From the IMG/VR virus record IMGVR_UViG_3300049043_000106: 33,930 bases of DNA. The stretch is one strand, 5' to 3'. Numbering within the stretch: the first letter of the stretch is position 1; each line of letters begins with the position of its first letter. A model generated the notes under the pieces. It ran no database searches. It was not told the origin of the DNA and was given only the letters and a program-made list of their open reading frames with translations. Positions 20,117 through 31,626 of the stretch are shown piece after piece. The position numbers were made by a program, and so were the translations under genes. Source of the stretch: an uncultured virus (IMG/VR IMGVR_UViG_3300049043_000106). Its lineage: Duplodnaviria > Heunggongvirae > Uroviricota > Caudoviricetes.

Positions 20117-21161
20117 ATGTCAGGACTCGCAAAGAAGGCGCGCGACGCGATGCGGAGCAAGATCTCCCGGCTGATGCGTTCCGCCGAGAAGGTTGATGCA
20201 TCCAGTTTCACGCCGGCTGAGCCGCTGAACGCTGACGTCAAGACGGGCATGCGCCCGGTTTCGCGTCGTCAGTTCAAGCGTGGCGGCAAGGTGGCCAAGA
20301 TGGAAGGCGGGGCATGCAAGCCGCGCGCTGATCGCATGGCTCGAAAGAGCGGGGGGTCTGCCAAGGCCACGCCGAACAACATCATCAATCGCGACGTGAA
20401 GGAAGCCAACGAGGAGAGGGAAGGCAAGAAGCACGTCGGCGGCATGAAGAAGGGCGGGAAAGCCGAGCATCCAGACGTTGCCAAGGACAAGGCCATCGTC
20501 GCGAAGGCGGTTCACAAGCACGAACGCGGCAAGCACCCGGGGTCGAAGTTCGACCAAACTGGCCACTGGCGGCACGCCGCCGGCGCAGAAGGCTCCGCCG
20601 CCGCCGCCTCCGCCGCCGCCGGCAGAGATGCCGGAAGACGTCGAGAACGACTACAACGCATGGAAACTGTCGCAGGAAGTGAAGCGCGAAGAGTCGGCCA
20701 AGCGCACTCCGCCGCCTCCGCCGCCGAGCAAGCGCGCGGTGGCTTGGATGGCTCCACGCAGGGCGCTCGGCCGAAGGGTGGTCGACTGGCTCGAAAGACG
20801 GCGGCCGGGCCAAGAAGAAAGGCTCGATGAACGTCGACATCATCATCGGTGGTGGTCAAGGCGGCCAGCAGGCGATGCCGCCGCGGCCGCCGATGCCGCC
20901 TGCCGGCATTCCTGTGCCCGTAGGCGTTCCGCCGCCGGGAGGTCCTCCGGGTGGTATGCCGCCGATGGGTCCGCCCCGGGCGGTATGGGTCCGATGCCTC
21001 TTGGTGGCCCGCCGGGTCCCGGTGGCATGCCGCCGATGCCGAGAAAGGCTGGCGGTCGCGTTGGGCGCCGCACGTACAAGTCGGCCTCTGACATGGATGC
21101 CGGCTCGGGCAGCGGCTTTGGCCGTCTCGAGAAGACGGAAATCCAGAAGCGCAAGCACTGA
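20117..21161 (+). CDS. Basic Lys/Arg/Gly/Pro-rich protein with repeated (K/R)xxGG motifs (frameshifted)
   Basis: AGGAG RBS; MSGLAKKARDAMRSK...PLNADVKTGMRPVSRRQFKRGGKV...MDAGSGSGFGRLEKTEIQKRKH*. Confidence 0.75.
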
Positions 21162-21167
21162 TCAACG

Positions 21168-21200
21168 TGGGCGGTTGGGAAACCTTCCGCCCATTTTTTT
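21168..21200 (+). terminator. Intrinsic terminator
   Basis: TGGGCGG...CCGCCCA stem followed by T7, just after the stop codon. Confidence 0.8.
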
Positions 21201-21226
21201 CGCGCTGAGCATTTACCGGCGTAAAT

Positions 21227-21429
21227 ATGTTCAACTTGAATCTGGCGTTTGAGAACGAACTAAGAAACTCATTGAAGAGGAGATTCATCGACTGAAAGAC
21301 AACCTAGCGAACGGGTTGAGTACTCCTGATTTTGAGTCCTACAAGAGCCAAGTTGGAAAAATTGCTGGACTGAATCACGCGCTTGAGTTGTGCGACGAAG
21401 CGCAAACAATTTTGTCAAAGAAAACCTGA
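21227..21429 (+). CDS. Small helical phage protein upstream of the GroES-like gene (one frameshift)
   Basis: MFNLNLAFENEL..LIEEEIHRLKDNLANG...DFESYKSQVGKIAGLNHALELCDE. Confidence 0.7.
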
Positions 21430-21442
21430 TGGAGATTGCATA

Positions 21443-21835
21443 ATGCATATTGCGATGGAACATGATGTTGATCCGAAGAAGACCTTGCTGAAGAAGTTGG
21501 GCAATTTGGAGAACATCGAGATCTTCAACAACCAGATTTTGTGCGCTGTGTACGTTCGACCGGAGAAAACCAAGGGCGGAATCGTTCTTTCAGAGGCATA
21601 TCGGTCTGAAGACAAGGTCCAAGGCAAGGTTGGGTTGATTGTCGCCATGGGATCGTCTGCATTTGTCGACGAGACGAACACATGGTTTGTCGATTGCGAC
21701 GTCAACCTGCACGATTGGATCATTTTTCGGCCAAGCGACGGCTGGAGCATCACTGTGAACGGCGTTTTGTGCCGAATTCTTGATGATGTCGACGTCCGCG
21801 GGCGCATCACTCATCGCGATACGCAGCGTGGTGGC
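21443..21835 (+). CDS. groES: GroES/Cpn10-like co-chaperonin
   Basis: EKTKGGIVL mobile-loop motif, GLIVAMG, DWIIF, RILDDVDV. Confidence 0.8.
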
Positions 21836-21846
21836 AGGAGAAAACC

Positions 21847-22735
21847 ATGTCAAACAGCGACGATCAGATCGAAGTTCAGGTCGATGACGCCGAAATTCCG
21901 GCAAAAACAGGTGAAACCGCGCCTGCTCAGGCCGCAAAACGCGAAGTTGAGCCTGAAGTTGGCATCGAATCACTCAAGGAGCAGTTGGAAAAGGAGCGAC
22001 TGATTCGGATTGAGATGGAGCGACGCGCCAAGGAGTTCGCGAACAGCGCGATGCAGGCCAAAAACGAGGCGCAGGACGGCGATCTGCACCTTGTGACCAA
22101 TGCCATCGAGTCGGTGGAGCAGAACGACGAGGTGCTGAAGTCGAACTATTCGCAGGCGATGGCCTCTGGCGACTACGATCGCGCCGCCGAGTACCAGCAG
22201 GCGATGTCGAACAACGCGGCAAAACTTCTGCAGTTGGAGCAGGGCAAGCAGGCTCTTGAGAGCATGCCGAAGCAGAAGGCGCCGGAGCCGGTTGGCGTTT
22301 CTGACCCTGTTGAGACCCTCGCATCGCAGTTGACGCCTCGATCGGCGGCGTGGATTCGCAAGAACCCGCAGTTCGCGTCAGATCCTCGGCAGTATCAGCG
22401 CATGCTGGCCGCTCACCAATCTGGCGGTGACTGATGGCATTTCGCCCGACGCCGACGAGTACTTCGAGGCGGTTGAGACCACGCTGCGTATGCGGCGCCC
22501 TGAGCCTGTGCGGGATGATGACCCGATGACTGATGCCGCCAAGCCGACGCAGAGGCGCACTCCGCCGCCCGCGGCGCCGGTCAGTCGTAGCGGTGCAGGT
22601 CCCGGCGCGCGCCCCAATACGGTCCGTCTGACGGCGCAGGAGCGCGATGGCCGGCATGATGGGAATGACCGTTGAGGAGTACGCCAAGAACAAGTTGGCG
22701 CTTCAGCGCGAAGGCGAGTTGGAGCTAAGGAGATT
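21847..22735 (+). CDS. Probable capsid scaffolding protein (frameshifted)
   Basis: Acidic coiled-coil protein upstream of the capsid genes; C-terminal VRLTAQER..A.MMGMTVEEYAKNK helix-turn-helix. Confidence 0.7.
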
Positions 22736-22739
22736 GACG

Positions 22740-23365
22740 ATGGAAGCAGAAACCCCGAGAGCACGTGGCCGTCCCAAGGTCAACAAGTTTCAAGCCGCCG
22801 CGCAGGAGATCGCTGCTGAGCAGGCTGTCGCGCCCCCGGTCGAGATGCGCAAGGAGATCCGCCCTCCGATGCGTGAGGAAGAAGGAGCCCTCGAGTGCGG
22901 GCTGCCCGGCGCGCCGCGGAGATTCGAGAACGAGCACGTCGGCAGCATGGACGAGGGCACCGGATCGACTTCTTCATTCCGCCGGAGATGATCCCGCCCG
23001 GCTGGTCGTACGAGTGGAAGCGCAAGTCGGTGCTCGGCAGGAAGATCCGGCCTATGCGGTGTCGCTGGCTCGCAAGGGTTCGGAGCCGGTGCCGGCCGAT
23101 CGTCACCCGTCGTTCATGCCAGATGGCGCTCGCTTTGCCACGATCGAGCGCAAGGGCATGGTGCTGATGGAGCGCCCGCTGGAGTTGACCGAAGAGGCCC
23201 GGGAGATCGAAGCGCAAGCGTGCGCGCGCACAGGTTCGGCAGAAGGAGCAGCAGTTGAATTCAGCCCCGGAAGGGCAGTTCGCGCGCAACAACAAGGACA
23301 ACTCGCTGGTGAAGGTCGGCCGCTCGTACGAGGCGATGGCAATCCCCGAGAAGTGGCGCGCTTCC
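22740..23365 (+). CDS. Head-module hypothetical protein (frameshifted)
   Basis: AGGAG RBS; IPPGWSYEWKRKSVLG...EPVPADRHP...IERKGMVLMERP. Confidence 0.7.
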
Positions 23366-23408
23366 TACGAAGAACATTGGAGCGGCTCGATTTTGCCGCT
23401 CTTTTCGG

Positions 23409-23436
23409 TTGACAATCGAAAATTTCGGCGTATAAA
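23409..23436 (+). promoter_or_regulatory. sigma70-type promoter for the capsid operon
   Basis: TTGACA-16 nt-TATAAA, ~100 nt upstream of the minor capsid gene; the spacer contains the palindrome CGAAA-A-TTTCG. Confidence 0.7.
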
Positions 23437-23534
23437 AAGCAGCAACCCCTCCCCGGCGGGAGGCAGTTGAAAAAACCCGGTCTTGAGCCGCCGGCGCGCG
23501 ATGACGACTATCTCGAACAGGAGATCACCGTCAC

Positions 23535-24150
23535 GTGGCGAATACTTTCGCGCCGTTCGGATTCAGTCAGGCGAGCGGTACTGGCTCGGCGCCTACCTAC
23601 GAACAGGTGGCGACTTTCTGCGCTCACAACACGGCCGCCACTGTACAGCGGCGATCCGGTTTTCTGGAACGGCACCACTGGCGGCGTTCAGCCCGACCGA
23701 CCCGGGCGCTGGCAATTCCTCGCCGGCGTGTTTAACGGTTGCAAGTACCTCAGCGTGTTGCGCAGAAGCGCACGGTGTGGAGCAACTACTGGGGCGCTGC
23801 GGACGTCGCCTCGGGCAAACCTTGTCCAGTGCTACATCGTGGACCGACCCGAACGCTCAGTTCGGCTGGCTCAGGTTGGCGGTTCGAGCAGCGTCGGCCT
23901 TGTTGCGGCTGACATCGGTGCGAACGTGGAGTCCAACTACGGCACCGGCAGCATGACGGCGACGGGCATTTCCGGCGCCTACATCGACATCTCGGTCACG
24001 CCGGCCGCTACGGCCACGCTGCCGTTCAAGGTCGTCAGCCTCGTAACGGCGCCTCCGGGTGCCAATGGCACCGATTCGGGTGCGTACAACTACGCGGTTG
24101 TTCGCTTCAACAACGTCGAAAGCCAAGACCCTCACGGGCGTTGCCGAAGG
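23535..24150 (+). CDS. Probable minor capsid / decoration protein (frameshifted)
   Basis: ANTFAPFGF, YSGDPV, AGVFNGCKY, ADIGANV, TGISGAY, TLPFKVV; Gly/Ala/Thr-rich and directly upstream of the major capsid gene. Confidence 0.7.
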
Positions 24151-24162
24151 AGGTAAGGGACC

Positions 24163-25090
24163 ATGGCAAGGTCAATACTGAGTGCAATCAAGGCCCTTCT
24201 TCCTGCCGGGACTTCGCGGGATTGAAGGCAAGTACGCGTGACGTTCCCATCGCGAGGTCGACAAGATCTTCACCAAAGACGCGACTCGAAACTCGCCCTT
24301 GAGCGCACCGCCGAAATGCGGTACCTCGGGCTGGCGCAGTTGAAGACGGAAGGTGGACAGTACGTCGTTCGACAACGATGCCGGCGAGCGTTTCGTGTAC
24401 GACGAAGAGCACAATGAAATCGCTCTTGGGTGCGCGATCACCCGCAAGGCGATCGACGACAACCTGTACAAGACCCAGTTCCACCCGTCGAACCTTGGCC
24501 TGATCGAATTCTTTCCAGCAGACCAAGGAGATCTACGGCGCGAACATCCTGAACACGGCGACCACCTACAACGCCAACATCGGCGGTGACGGCAAGGCGC
24601 TGTGCGCGACCGATCACCCGATCGATGGCGGCACGGTGTCGAACAAGCCGACCATCGACGTCGACCTGAACGAAGCCACGCTGCTGAACGCGATGATCGC
24701 GATCCGCACGAACTTCAAGGATCAGGCGGGCCTGAAGGTCTTCGCGCGTGGTCGCAAGTTGATCGTTCCGCCCGATCTTGAGCCTGTCGCGATTCGTCTG
24801 ACGAAGACCGAACTGCGCCCGGCACGGCCGACAACGATGTCGAACGCCATCCTCGACGACCGCTGGCGGTCTGCCGGAAGGCTACATGGTGAACGACTTC
24901 TTGCACCTCTGCAGTATGCGTGGTTCCTGCTGACCAACATCGACGGTCTGTCGACATGGAGCGCGTGAAGTTCGAAACCGACATGCAGGTCGACTTCGTG
25001 ACCGACAACCTTCTGGTGAAGGGTTACGAGCGATACTCGTTCGGGTACTACAACTTCCGGTCCATCTACGGATCGTTCCCGACCTCGTAA
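24163..25090 (+). CDS. Major capsid protein (Mu gpT-like HK97 fold), frameshifted
   Basis: LLPGLRG, YLGLAQLKTEGG, ITRKAIDDNLY, GGDGKALCATDHP, DLNEATL, KLIVPPDL, NDVNAI, AWFLLT, KGYERYSFG; ~310 aa followed by a hairpin. Confidence 0.92.
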
Positions 25091-25102
25091 TCATCGGACA
25101 TT

Positions 25103-25124
25103 CCCTGCCCCTTCGGGGCAGGGG
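25103..25124 (+). terminator. GC hairpin with a TTCG loop after the major capsid gene
   Basis: CCCTGCCC-CTTCG-GGGCAGGG; the U tract is weak. Confidence 0.6.
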
Positions 25125-25143
25125 CTTCCACAGGAGCGAAAAC

Positions 25144-25675
25144 ATGGGAACAAGCGCTCTCTCCACGGGCCGACTGACGGCCGGCAACGTCCTCAACAGC
25201 GACGGCACGGGCAACCTCGCCGGCGTTGGCGGTTCGAGCGGCGTGCAGAACGTCGGGTTCGGCAAGCATGGCGCAGCCGTCTTACTCGTCCTCGACGGGG
25301 TCTGGCGAGCACTGCGTTCACGCAGGCAGGCACGACGACTGGCAGGCGGCAACCAACATCGTCATTCCGGCGCAGAGCATCATCACCAGCATCTGGGTGT
25401 ATGTGACCGCGGCATTCTCGGTGTAGCCACGTTGAGCATCGGTACGAGTGCGACGAGCATCAAGGCCGGCCAACGCGATTCCGAACGCGTTGGCGTCGGG
25501 CAACTCACTGTCACGCCGCAGGTCGGCTCTGGTGGCGCCACACAGGTCGCCAATCGCCTCAACTCCGAGCAGCACGCAGGATCAGATGGTCTACGTGAAG
25601 TCAGCGGCTACCGGCGTGAACGTTTGACGTCGTTGTTGAGTACCTACAGTCCGCCAACGGGTTTGTTGTGCGCAT
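25144..25675 (+). CDS. Probable virion structural protein (frameshifted)
   Basis: AGGAG RBS; Gly/Thr/Ser-rich; IVIPAQSII...ATLSIGTSA; located after the major capsid gene. Confidence 0.6.
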
Positions 25676-25690
25676 CAGACCAGGAGACCG

Positions 25691-25984
25691 ATGAAAGGCT
25701 GAAGCACTGGGCTACTGGCGGCGTCAATGAGGCTGCCGAGGATCTGGTAGAAGAACCAGCGTTACACCTACGAGAGCAAGGTGAACGATGAGGCTGAGGA
25801 GCGCAAGCATGGCGGGCGCACCGGCAAGAAGCACGCTGGCAAGGTTCACGGCGACATGAAGCACCACGCCGGCCGCAAGCGCGGCGCAAGAGCGGCGTGC
25901 GTAGGCTTCGTCGGATTCGAATCCGTTCACGTCTGCGCGTCACGGCACTCCGCCGAAGGGCCGCAAACCTGGGAATCAAGCTGA
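25691..25984 (+). CDS. Small basic protein with xxGG motifs (frameshifted)
   Basis: AGGAG RBS; ATGGVNEAAEDL...EAEERKHGGRTGKKH. Confidence 0.6.
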
Positions 25985-26032
25985 AACCCGCTGAGAGAGG
26001 GGCGATAGCCCCCTTCGATCTTCGGAGGCAGT

Positions 26033-26300
26033 ATGGCTGGCGCTTGGACTCGAAAAGGGGTCAGAATCCCTCTGGCGGTCTGAATGAAAAAGGCCGCGCT
26101 TCTCTGCGCTTGAGGGCGGAACATCAAGCCTCCAGTCAGTTCCGCAGAAGCGAAGCGCAGTCTGCAGCGGCGCAGCGTCGAGAGAACTTCAGGAGCCGGA
26201 TGCGCCGCAAACTAAAGAGAAACTGACGTCGGCAAAAACCGCGCACGACCCCAACAGCCGCATCAATCTGGCGCTAAAAAAGTGGGACGTGAAGTGTTAA
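26033..26300 (+). CDS. Small basic phage protein, DUF6321-like (frameshifted)
   Basis: MAGAWTRK.GQNPSGGLNEKGRAS...RR.NF..RM...KTAHDPNSRINLALKKWDVKC. Confidence 0.7.
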
Positions 26301-26329
26301 CGTGTGCGCGTCATAGCACGGGTAGACGT

Positions 26330-26966
26330 ATGCGTCCCGTAACAGTACAAGTCGGCCCTTTGGCCGCGGCAAGTGCGAACAGCATTTGTCTTTCGCAGAC
26401 TGACTACGGCATTCACGCTCGACGGATCTACCGTCTGGAACGGCGTTGACGCCGACACCGCTCGCCGAGTGCTGATCACTCCCGCGGGCAACGAGTCCGC
26501 AAACATGTTCACCATCGCGGCTTGTTCGGCAACACTGAGATTGTTGAAGTGATTGCCGGCACCAACGCGATGGCGCTCTTCACCACCTCTTCACTTCAAG
26601 TGCGTGACGTCGATCACTCTGTCGAGGCCGCAGCTGGCGCCACATCACGCGCAGCGAACGGTGTAGCCTCATCGCGCTGGGTTCGATCGATGAGTGGGCT
26701 TCGTCGCAGGTTGCGGTGCAGTGTGACGCCTCTGGGACCGTGAACTACACGCTGCAGCAGACGCTGGACGATCCCAACAGCCCGACAAATCCGACTCTTC
26801 CGTATCAGGTGACGTGGATCAACTGTGCAGATCTTGCTGTAGTGAGTGCGACGCATCTGAACAGACCAACTATCAGTTTGCTCCGATTTTCGCCAAGGTC
26901 ACGCTAAACTCTGGCACGGGTTCTGTTTCGACGACGTTCACGCAGTTTGGCGTGACGCCGCGCTGA
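26330..26966 (+). CDS. Probable virion structural protein (frameshifted)
   Basis: MRPVTVQVGP...RRVLIT...GTVNYTLQQTLDDPN...VTLNSGTGSV; beta-strand-rich. Confidence 0.6.
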
Positions 26967-26978
26967 TAGGAGGAACTC

Positions 26979-29966
26979 ATGGCAGGTTTGTTTCTTCCGA
27001 ATGATGATCTGATCACTACAGACGGTTTTCCGGCTACTGGTCAGGCTACTGGCGCCGTCTACACCGTTCGCTCAACCCTTCTACTGGCCTTCCGTATGTC
27101 GCGGTGGTGGTGGTGGTGGCGCGCTTTCCAATGTGCTGCTCGTCGACAATAACGGCGTTCTCTGCGTACAGCGTGACGATGGGCTGACTCTGTCGTATGT
27201 GCGAATCGAGATGGCGCCGCGTTCACGCTGGCTGCTCCGCTGCGCGCACCGGGTCAGGCTGATCTTGCATCGATCAACACGAAAACCCCGGCTCTTGTCA
27301 GCGGGCGTGTTCCGGTTGATGGATCTGGCGTCACGCAGCCTGTCAGCGGTTCTGTTTCTGTCAGCAACGTTACTACCGTCAAACCTTCCGCGACTCGTTT
27401 GAAGCCTACACGCCGGGTGCTGTTGGAGTCAGACGCTTGGCACTGGAGACCCGATTCACGCAGACGGCAATTCCGCAGCAACCTTGTCATCAGCAAGAAC
27501 CCGTTGCTTGCTGGCACGACATCCAGCGTAGAGACAATCGCGACATTCTCCATGCCGATTGAGGTGGCAATTGGCTTGTCGATGAGCCAGCGCACGTTGG
27601 GGCAGGATTTTAGCGTTGAAATTATTGATACACAGGCTTTGATCTCGACTCGCCTGACGTAGCGATTGCTTCTATTATTTAAGCCACGACGACGCTGACT
27701 GTTGAGACGGTTACCGACCACGGACGAGTGTTGGTTGGTGCGATTGGCATTAGAGATTGTTCTAACCAGTTGGCTAACTATCCTTCGTTGGTTGTTGCTA
27801 CGGTTCCGTCTCCGCGCCTTTTCACGGTGACTGCGGGTCCGGGCGGCACCATCGCTTCGCAGACGATTGCGAATCCGGCTGGTGCAAAAGGTTTCGTCTA
27901 TGTGCGTCAGCGACTTGGCAGGGCGCAGAACGGTGTCAGTCAGATTTTCGAGAACGCCACGGCAACCAACGCGAGTCTGTATCTGCGCTCGGAATCGGGC
28001 GATGCGTACCCATCCGGTACGGTTGCGGGTAACCAGTCTGTCACTATCGGCACCACGGCTCCGATTCAGTTGGCTGGCGCTACCGCATACCAGTATTCTT
28101 GGTCGCCTACCAACGAGTTCCGTATCACGCCACAGGCTGATCGAACTCAGTGGTCCGATCAAGCCATCGATGCCCTTTCTGCATCAAACAATCGTCTGAT
28201 TCGTAATCAAGTCTGCCCGGACCTCGTCTGTTACTTACAAACTTCGCTTCCGCGCAGACAACACGAAGGCGCTGACGGTACCGAACGCGCAGATCGTAAG
28301 CGCGGTCAAGACAGGTACGACGACCGCGACTATTACCACCGACGTTGCACACAACTTGGTGACCAACGATGTGGTAGTCATCTACGGCATCCGCGATCAG
28401 GCTGCGGCTCTCTTCCCAACCTCACCACTGCTACTGCGGTTACGGTGACGGGTGCCAACACCTTCACGGTTGTGATCGGCACGGCTAGCACGGTCACTCT
28501 TGATGGCGGCCATGTTGCCAAGGTGCAGGGCGGCAACTTGATGTCGGCGCTCGGCGTGCTGGCACAGGTCGTGTCAACTGTGTCGATGCAGACCCTGCCT
28601 GATGGTACTCGTCAGTTGGCGGTTGTTGGCTCTGGCACTTGGGCGGGCATTGCGATTGGTGATCTTGTCAATTGGTTGGCGTTCGCGACAACATGACCGG
28701 CGCAACGTTGAATCTGGATGCGGTGTGGGAAGGTCGGCAACATCGCCACCGGCAACCTGTTTTTGGTGCCTCCCAACTCGACATATGTCCCGCCCGTTGC
28801 GTATCCTGCTGACACGCTGGCAACTACGATCACCTCGGCCAGAATCAGGCGCTGCCACAGGCAACCATCAACGTCGGTAATATGGCCGGTTACCCGACTT
28901 CGCACGTTCTGGGTGCTTTCAACGACTGCGGAACCTGATCACCTACACCGGAACGACGGGAACGACGTTCATGTATGCACGGGTGGCACGGGCACGCTTT
29001 TCACTGGTCAGTCAAGTGTTCGGAGTGCTTGCAGGTGGCGGTGGCGTGATTCGTCGTACGGTACTTTTGCGCATATCCTATGCGCGAGCGTCTGACTATC
29101 TGCGTGAGCGCGTTGAGGTTCTACCTCGCCCGTCTGGCGACATTTCGATGTCCGTTCGGTGGCGGTTAACAATGTTCCGGCAGTCACTGTCAACAGCGGC
29201 ACGGTCACCACGGTCACGACAGTTACCACGGTCACGACAGTTACCACGGTTGCTGCCGTCACGGCGGCTAACCTCAACATCCCCGGCATCATTGCGGACG
29301 TCGCTTCGGCAGCACTGACTACAACCACGACTACGGCGGCATTCATGCTGACGTTCGGCATTTCGTATGAGGTGAATATTCCGGTAACAGCAGCGACGGA
29401 CAACGATCCCGACGTTGGATGTAAGCATCGAAGAGTCGGACTACACCGGCACCAACTGGTACAAGGTGTACGACTTCCCACGCATCACGCGACCGGCAGA
29501 TATACCGAAGCCCGACGATGCAAATGGCCCGTACCGCAATCGCGTTCGCTACGTCCAGACAGTTGGTGGCACAACCCCGTCGTTTTACTCGTGCGGTCAG
29601 CCGGCTTCATCAATCAGTTTCCCGGCGCAGCCGCGCTGCGTCAGTTGGTTGATCGGTCGATTGTGCTGACTACGCTGAACTCCACCACGCCGAACCTTCA
29701 GACGGCTGATTGCGGTAAACCTACAGCGCAAGTTGCCCTTGTTAACTACGGTGCAATCACCACCACAGCCCCGCAGTTGCAAGATGGAAGGCTCCGACGA
29801 CAACGGCGCAACGTGGTACAGCGTTGGCGCTCCGCTGACGGCCGTTGCAGCAGACGCGCGATCTGACCGTGACTGACATCAACGCGCAGTTGACGCGCGC
29901 AAAAGGGTCAGCACCGCTGGTGTTGGCGTTACCGCTGGATACGTGATGATCAAGGCGCACGACTAA
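26979..29966 (+). CDS. Large Thr/Val/Gly-rich tail or virion protein (~1000 aa, many frameshifts)
   Basis: AGGAGG RBS and ATG 26979; consecutive plus-strand fragments (27399, 27728, 29159, 29415) ending GYVMIKAHD*. Confidence 0.65.
29201..29251 (+). repeat. Coding tandem repeat (TVT)n
   Basis: 9/18-bp units acggtcacc / acggtcacgacagttacc encoding TVTTVTTVTTVTTV. Confidence 0.85.
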
Positions 29967-30149
29967 TGACACAGTACAAAGTTGTTTAACGTACTCCATG
30001 GCGGAGATAAAGCATTGGTTGGCGTGTATGACACGCAGCAGCAGGCGATGGACGCGATTGATGATGTTGTAGGTGAACTGCATCGAGCGTCAGACTGATA
30101 CGCTTTCAACGATTGTTTACGAGATGGAACTGATCATCATGAAAGAAAA

Positions 30150-30855
30150 TCGACAGGTACTGAACGCCCACCAGCGGAACGTACAGTTTCAATCCATCGT
30201 TGGGCGAGTCCACGTCTACGCGTTCAACCTTTGCGGGTATATGTGCTACTGCGTTGCTGCAGGAGCACATGGAATCTGCCCGCATGGCGACCAACATGCC
30301 GCTTGGCCGCTGGAGCAGTCAGGGCGTCAACCTGTGGTGTGTGGATGTAGACAATCCCTCTGGTACAGGGTACGGCAACGTACTCTGTGCCGGGGGAACA
30401 CCATCGTGATGCTCGACGCCAACATCGTGCAGAGAACACGGGTGGCGCCTCGATCAACCGCCTGATCCTGCCGATCTCAAGAACACCGAGTACGCCTCGT
30501 ACCCCAATCCCGCGCAGCAGGGTTTCATGACCGAATGGTTCGATCGTCTGCTGTCTCCCACGGTGACGTTGTGGCCGGTACCTGCAGGAAACCAGAATGT
30601 CGTTGAACTACTACCGCGTGCGTCAGATTCAGAGCAGCAACTTCACCAACGGTCAGCAGGTGGAGATCCCGTACCTACTTCCTCGAAGCATTCGTGTTTG
30701 GCCTTGCTCAGCGCCTTGCGATGATCTGGGCGCCCGACAAGGTAGCGATGCTCAAGCCATTGGCTGATGAGTCGTACGACATCGCATCTCGTCAACGTGA
30801 AGACCGCGCAGCAGTACATCTCGCCGACCGTGTCGTCGAGCTTCAGGTGGGTAAT
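30150..30855 (+). CDS. Probable head-tail adaptor / tail tubular protein (frameshifted)
   Basis: SGTY.FNPSLGE, QEHMESARMA, WSSQGVNLW, EYASYPN, WFDRLLSPTVTLWPVP, FGLAQRLA. Confidence 0.7.
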
Positions 30856-31626
30856 GTTGTACGCATCGCAATCGGGCCGGGCCAAAACAAGCGCAACGAA
30901 CCCGCAGGCGCACGCGATATGGTGACCGGTGGGTTCCGGTACAACCATGCCGAATCGAAGTGGCAGTACGACTTGGCGCGGCGCCATGATTCAGAACATC
31001 AGGCTCTTGGTCGCGACCTCCTCGCTACGACACACCGCAGGAAGCAGTTGCGATCGATCGTGGTGCCTGCAGACCACGACGCGCCGATCGTCAACGCGCG
31101 CGTGCAAGACTTCGAGGTTGCCGAGTCCAACTATCAGACCGTATCGCAGCCGCCCGGACGATCGACCCGGAGACCGGCATTCCGATCCCGGGCAACACGA
31201 CGCTGGTTACTCAGAACGGCCAGCAAACTCACCACGCAGCCATATGGGCCTCCTGTGGGCCTGACGCAGCCGCGGGTGCAGATGCGCGCTCAAGGGTACG
31301 TACGCAGTACCGCTGTAAAACTGCCTGGCGTGCTGTCCGTATCGGCCAACGGGCAGGCATACGACCATCAGCTGGCTGACGTGTTCGGCTCCGCACAACC
31401 TGACGACGAACAGTCAGGTCTCTGTCGAGGGCCTCAGCAACACGAATGCCTGCGGGTTCTATAGCGTGACCGTCACCAGCGCCACGGCGTTCACCTATCA
31501 GACTTCAAAGGCAAGTTCCGGCCGGAGGACTTTTGTCCTCAACCACACGTATGCATCACGGCTTCAGCGGGCCTTGCCGCTACGGATACACTCAGATCCC
31601 GCAAGTTGGAAATCTACGTAAGCTGA
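30855..31626 (+). CDS. Neck/tail-module hypothetical protein (frameshifted)
   Basis: GFRYNHA, WQYD, IQNIRLLV, QLRSIVVPAD..PIVNARV; C-terminal beta domain YSVTVTSATAFTY. Confidence 0.55.
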
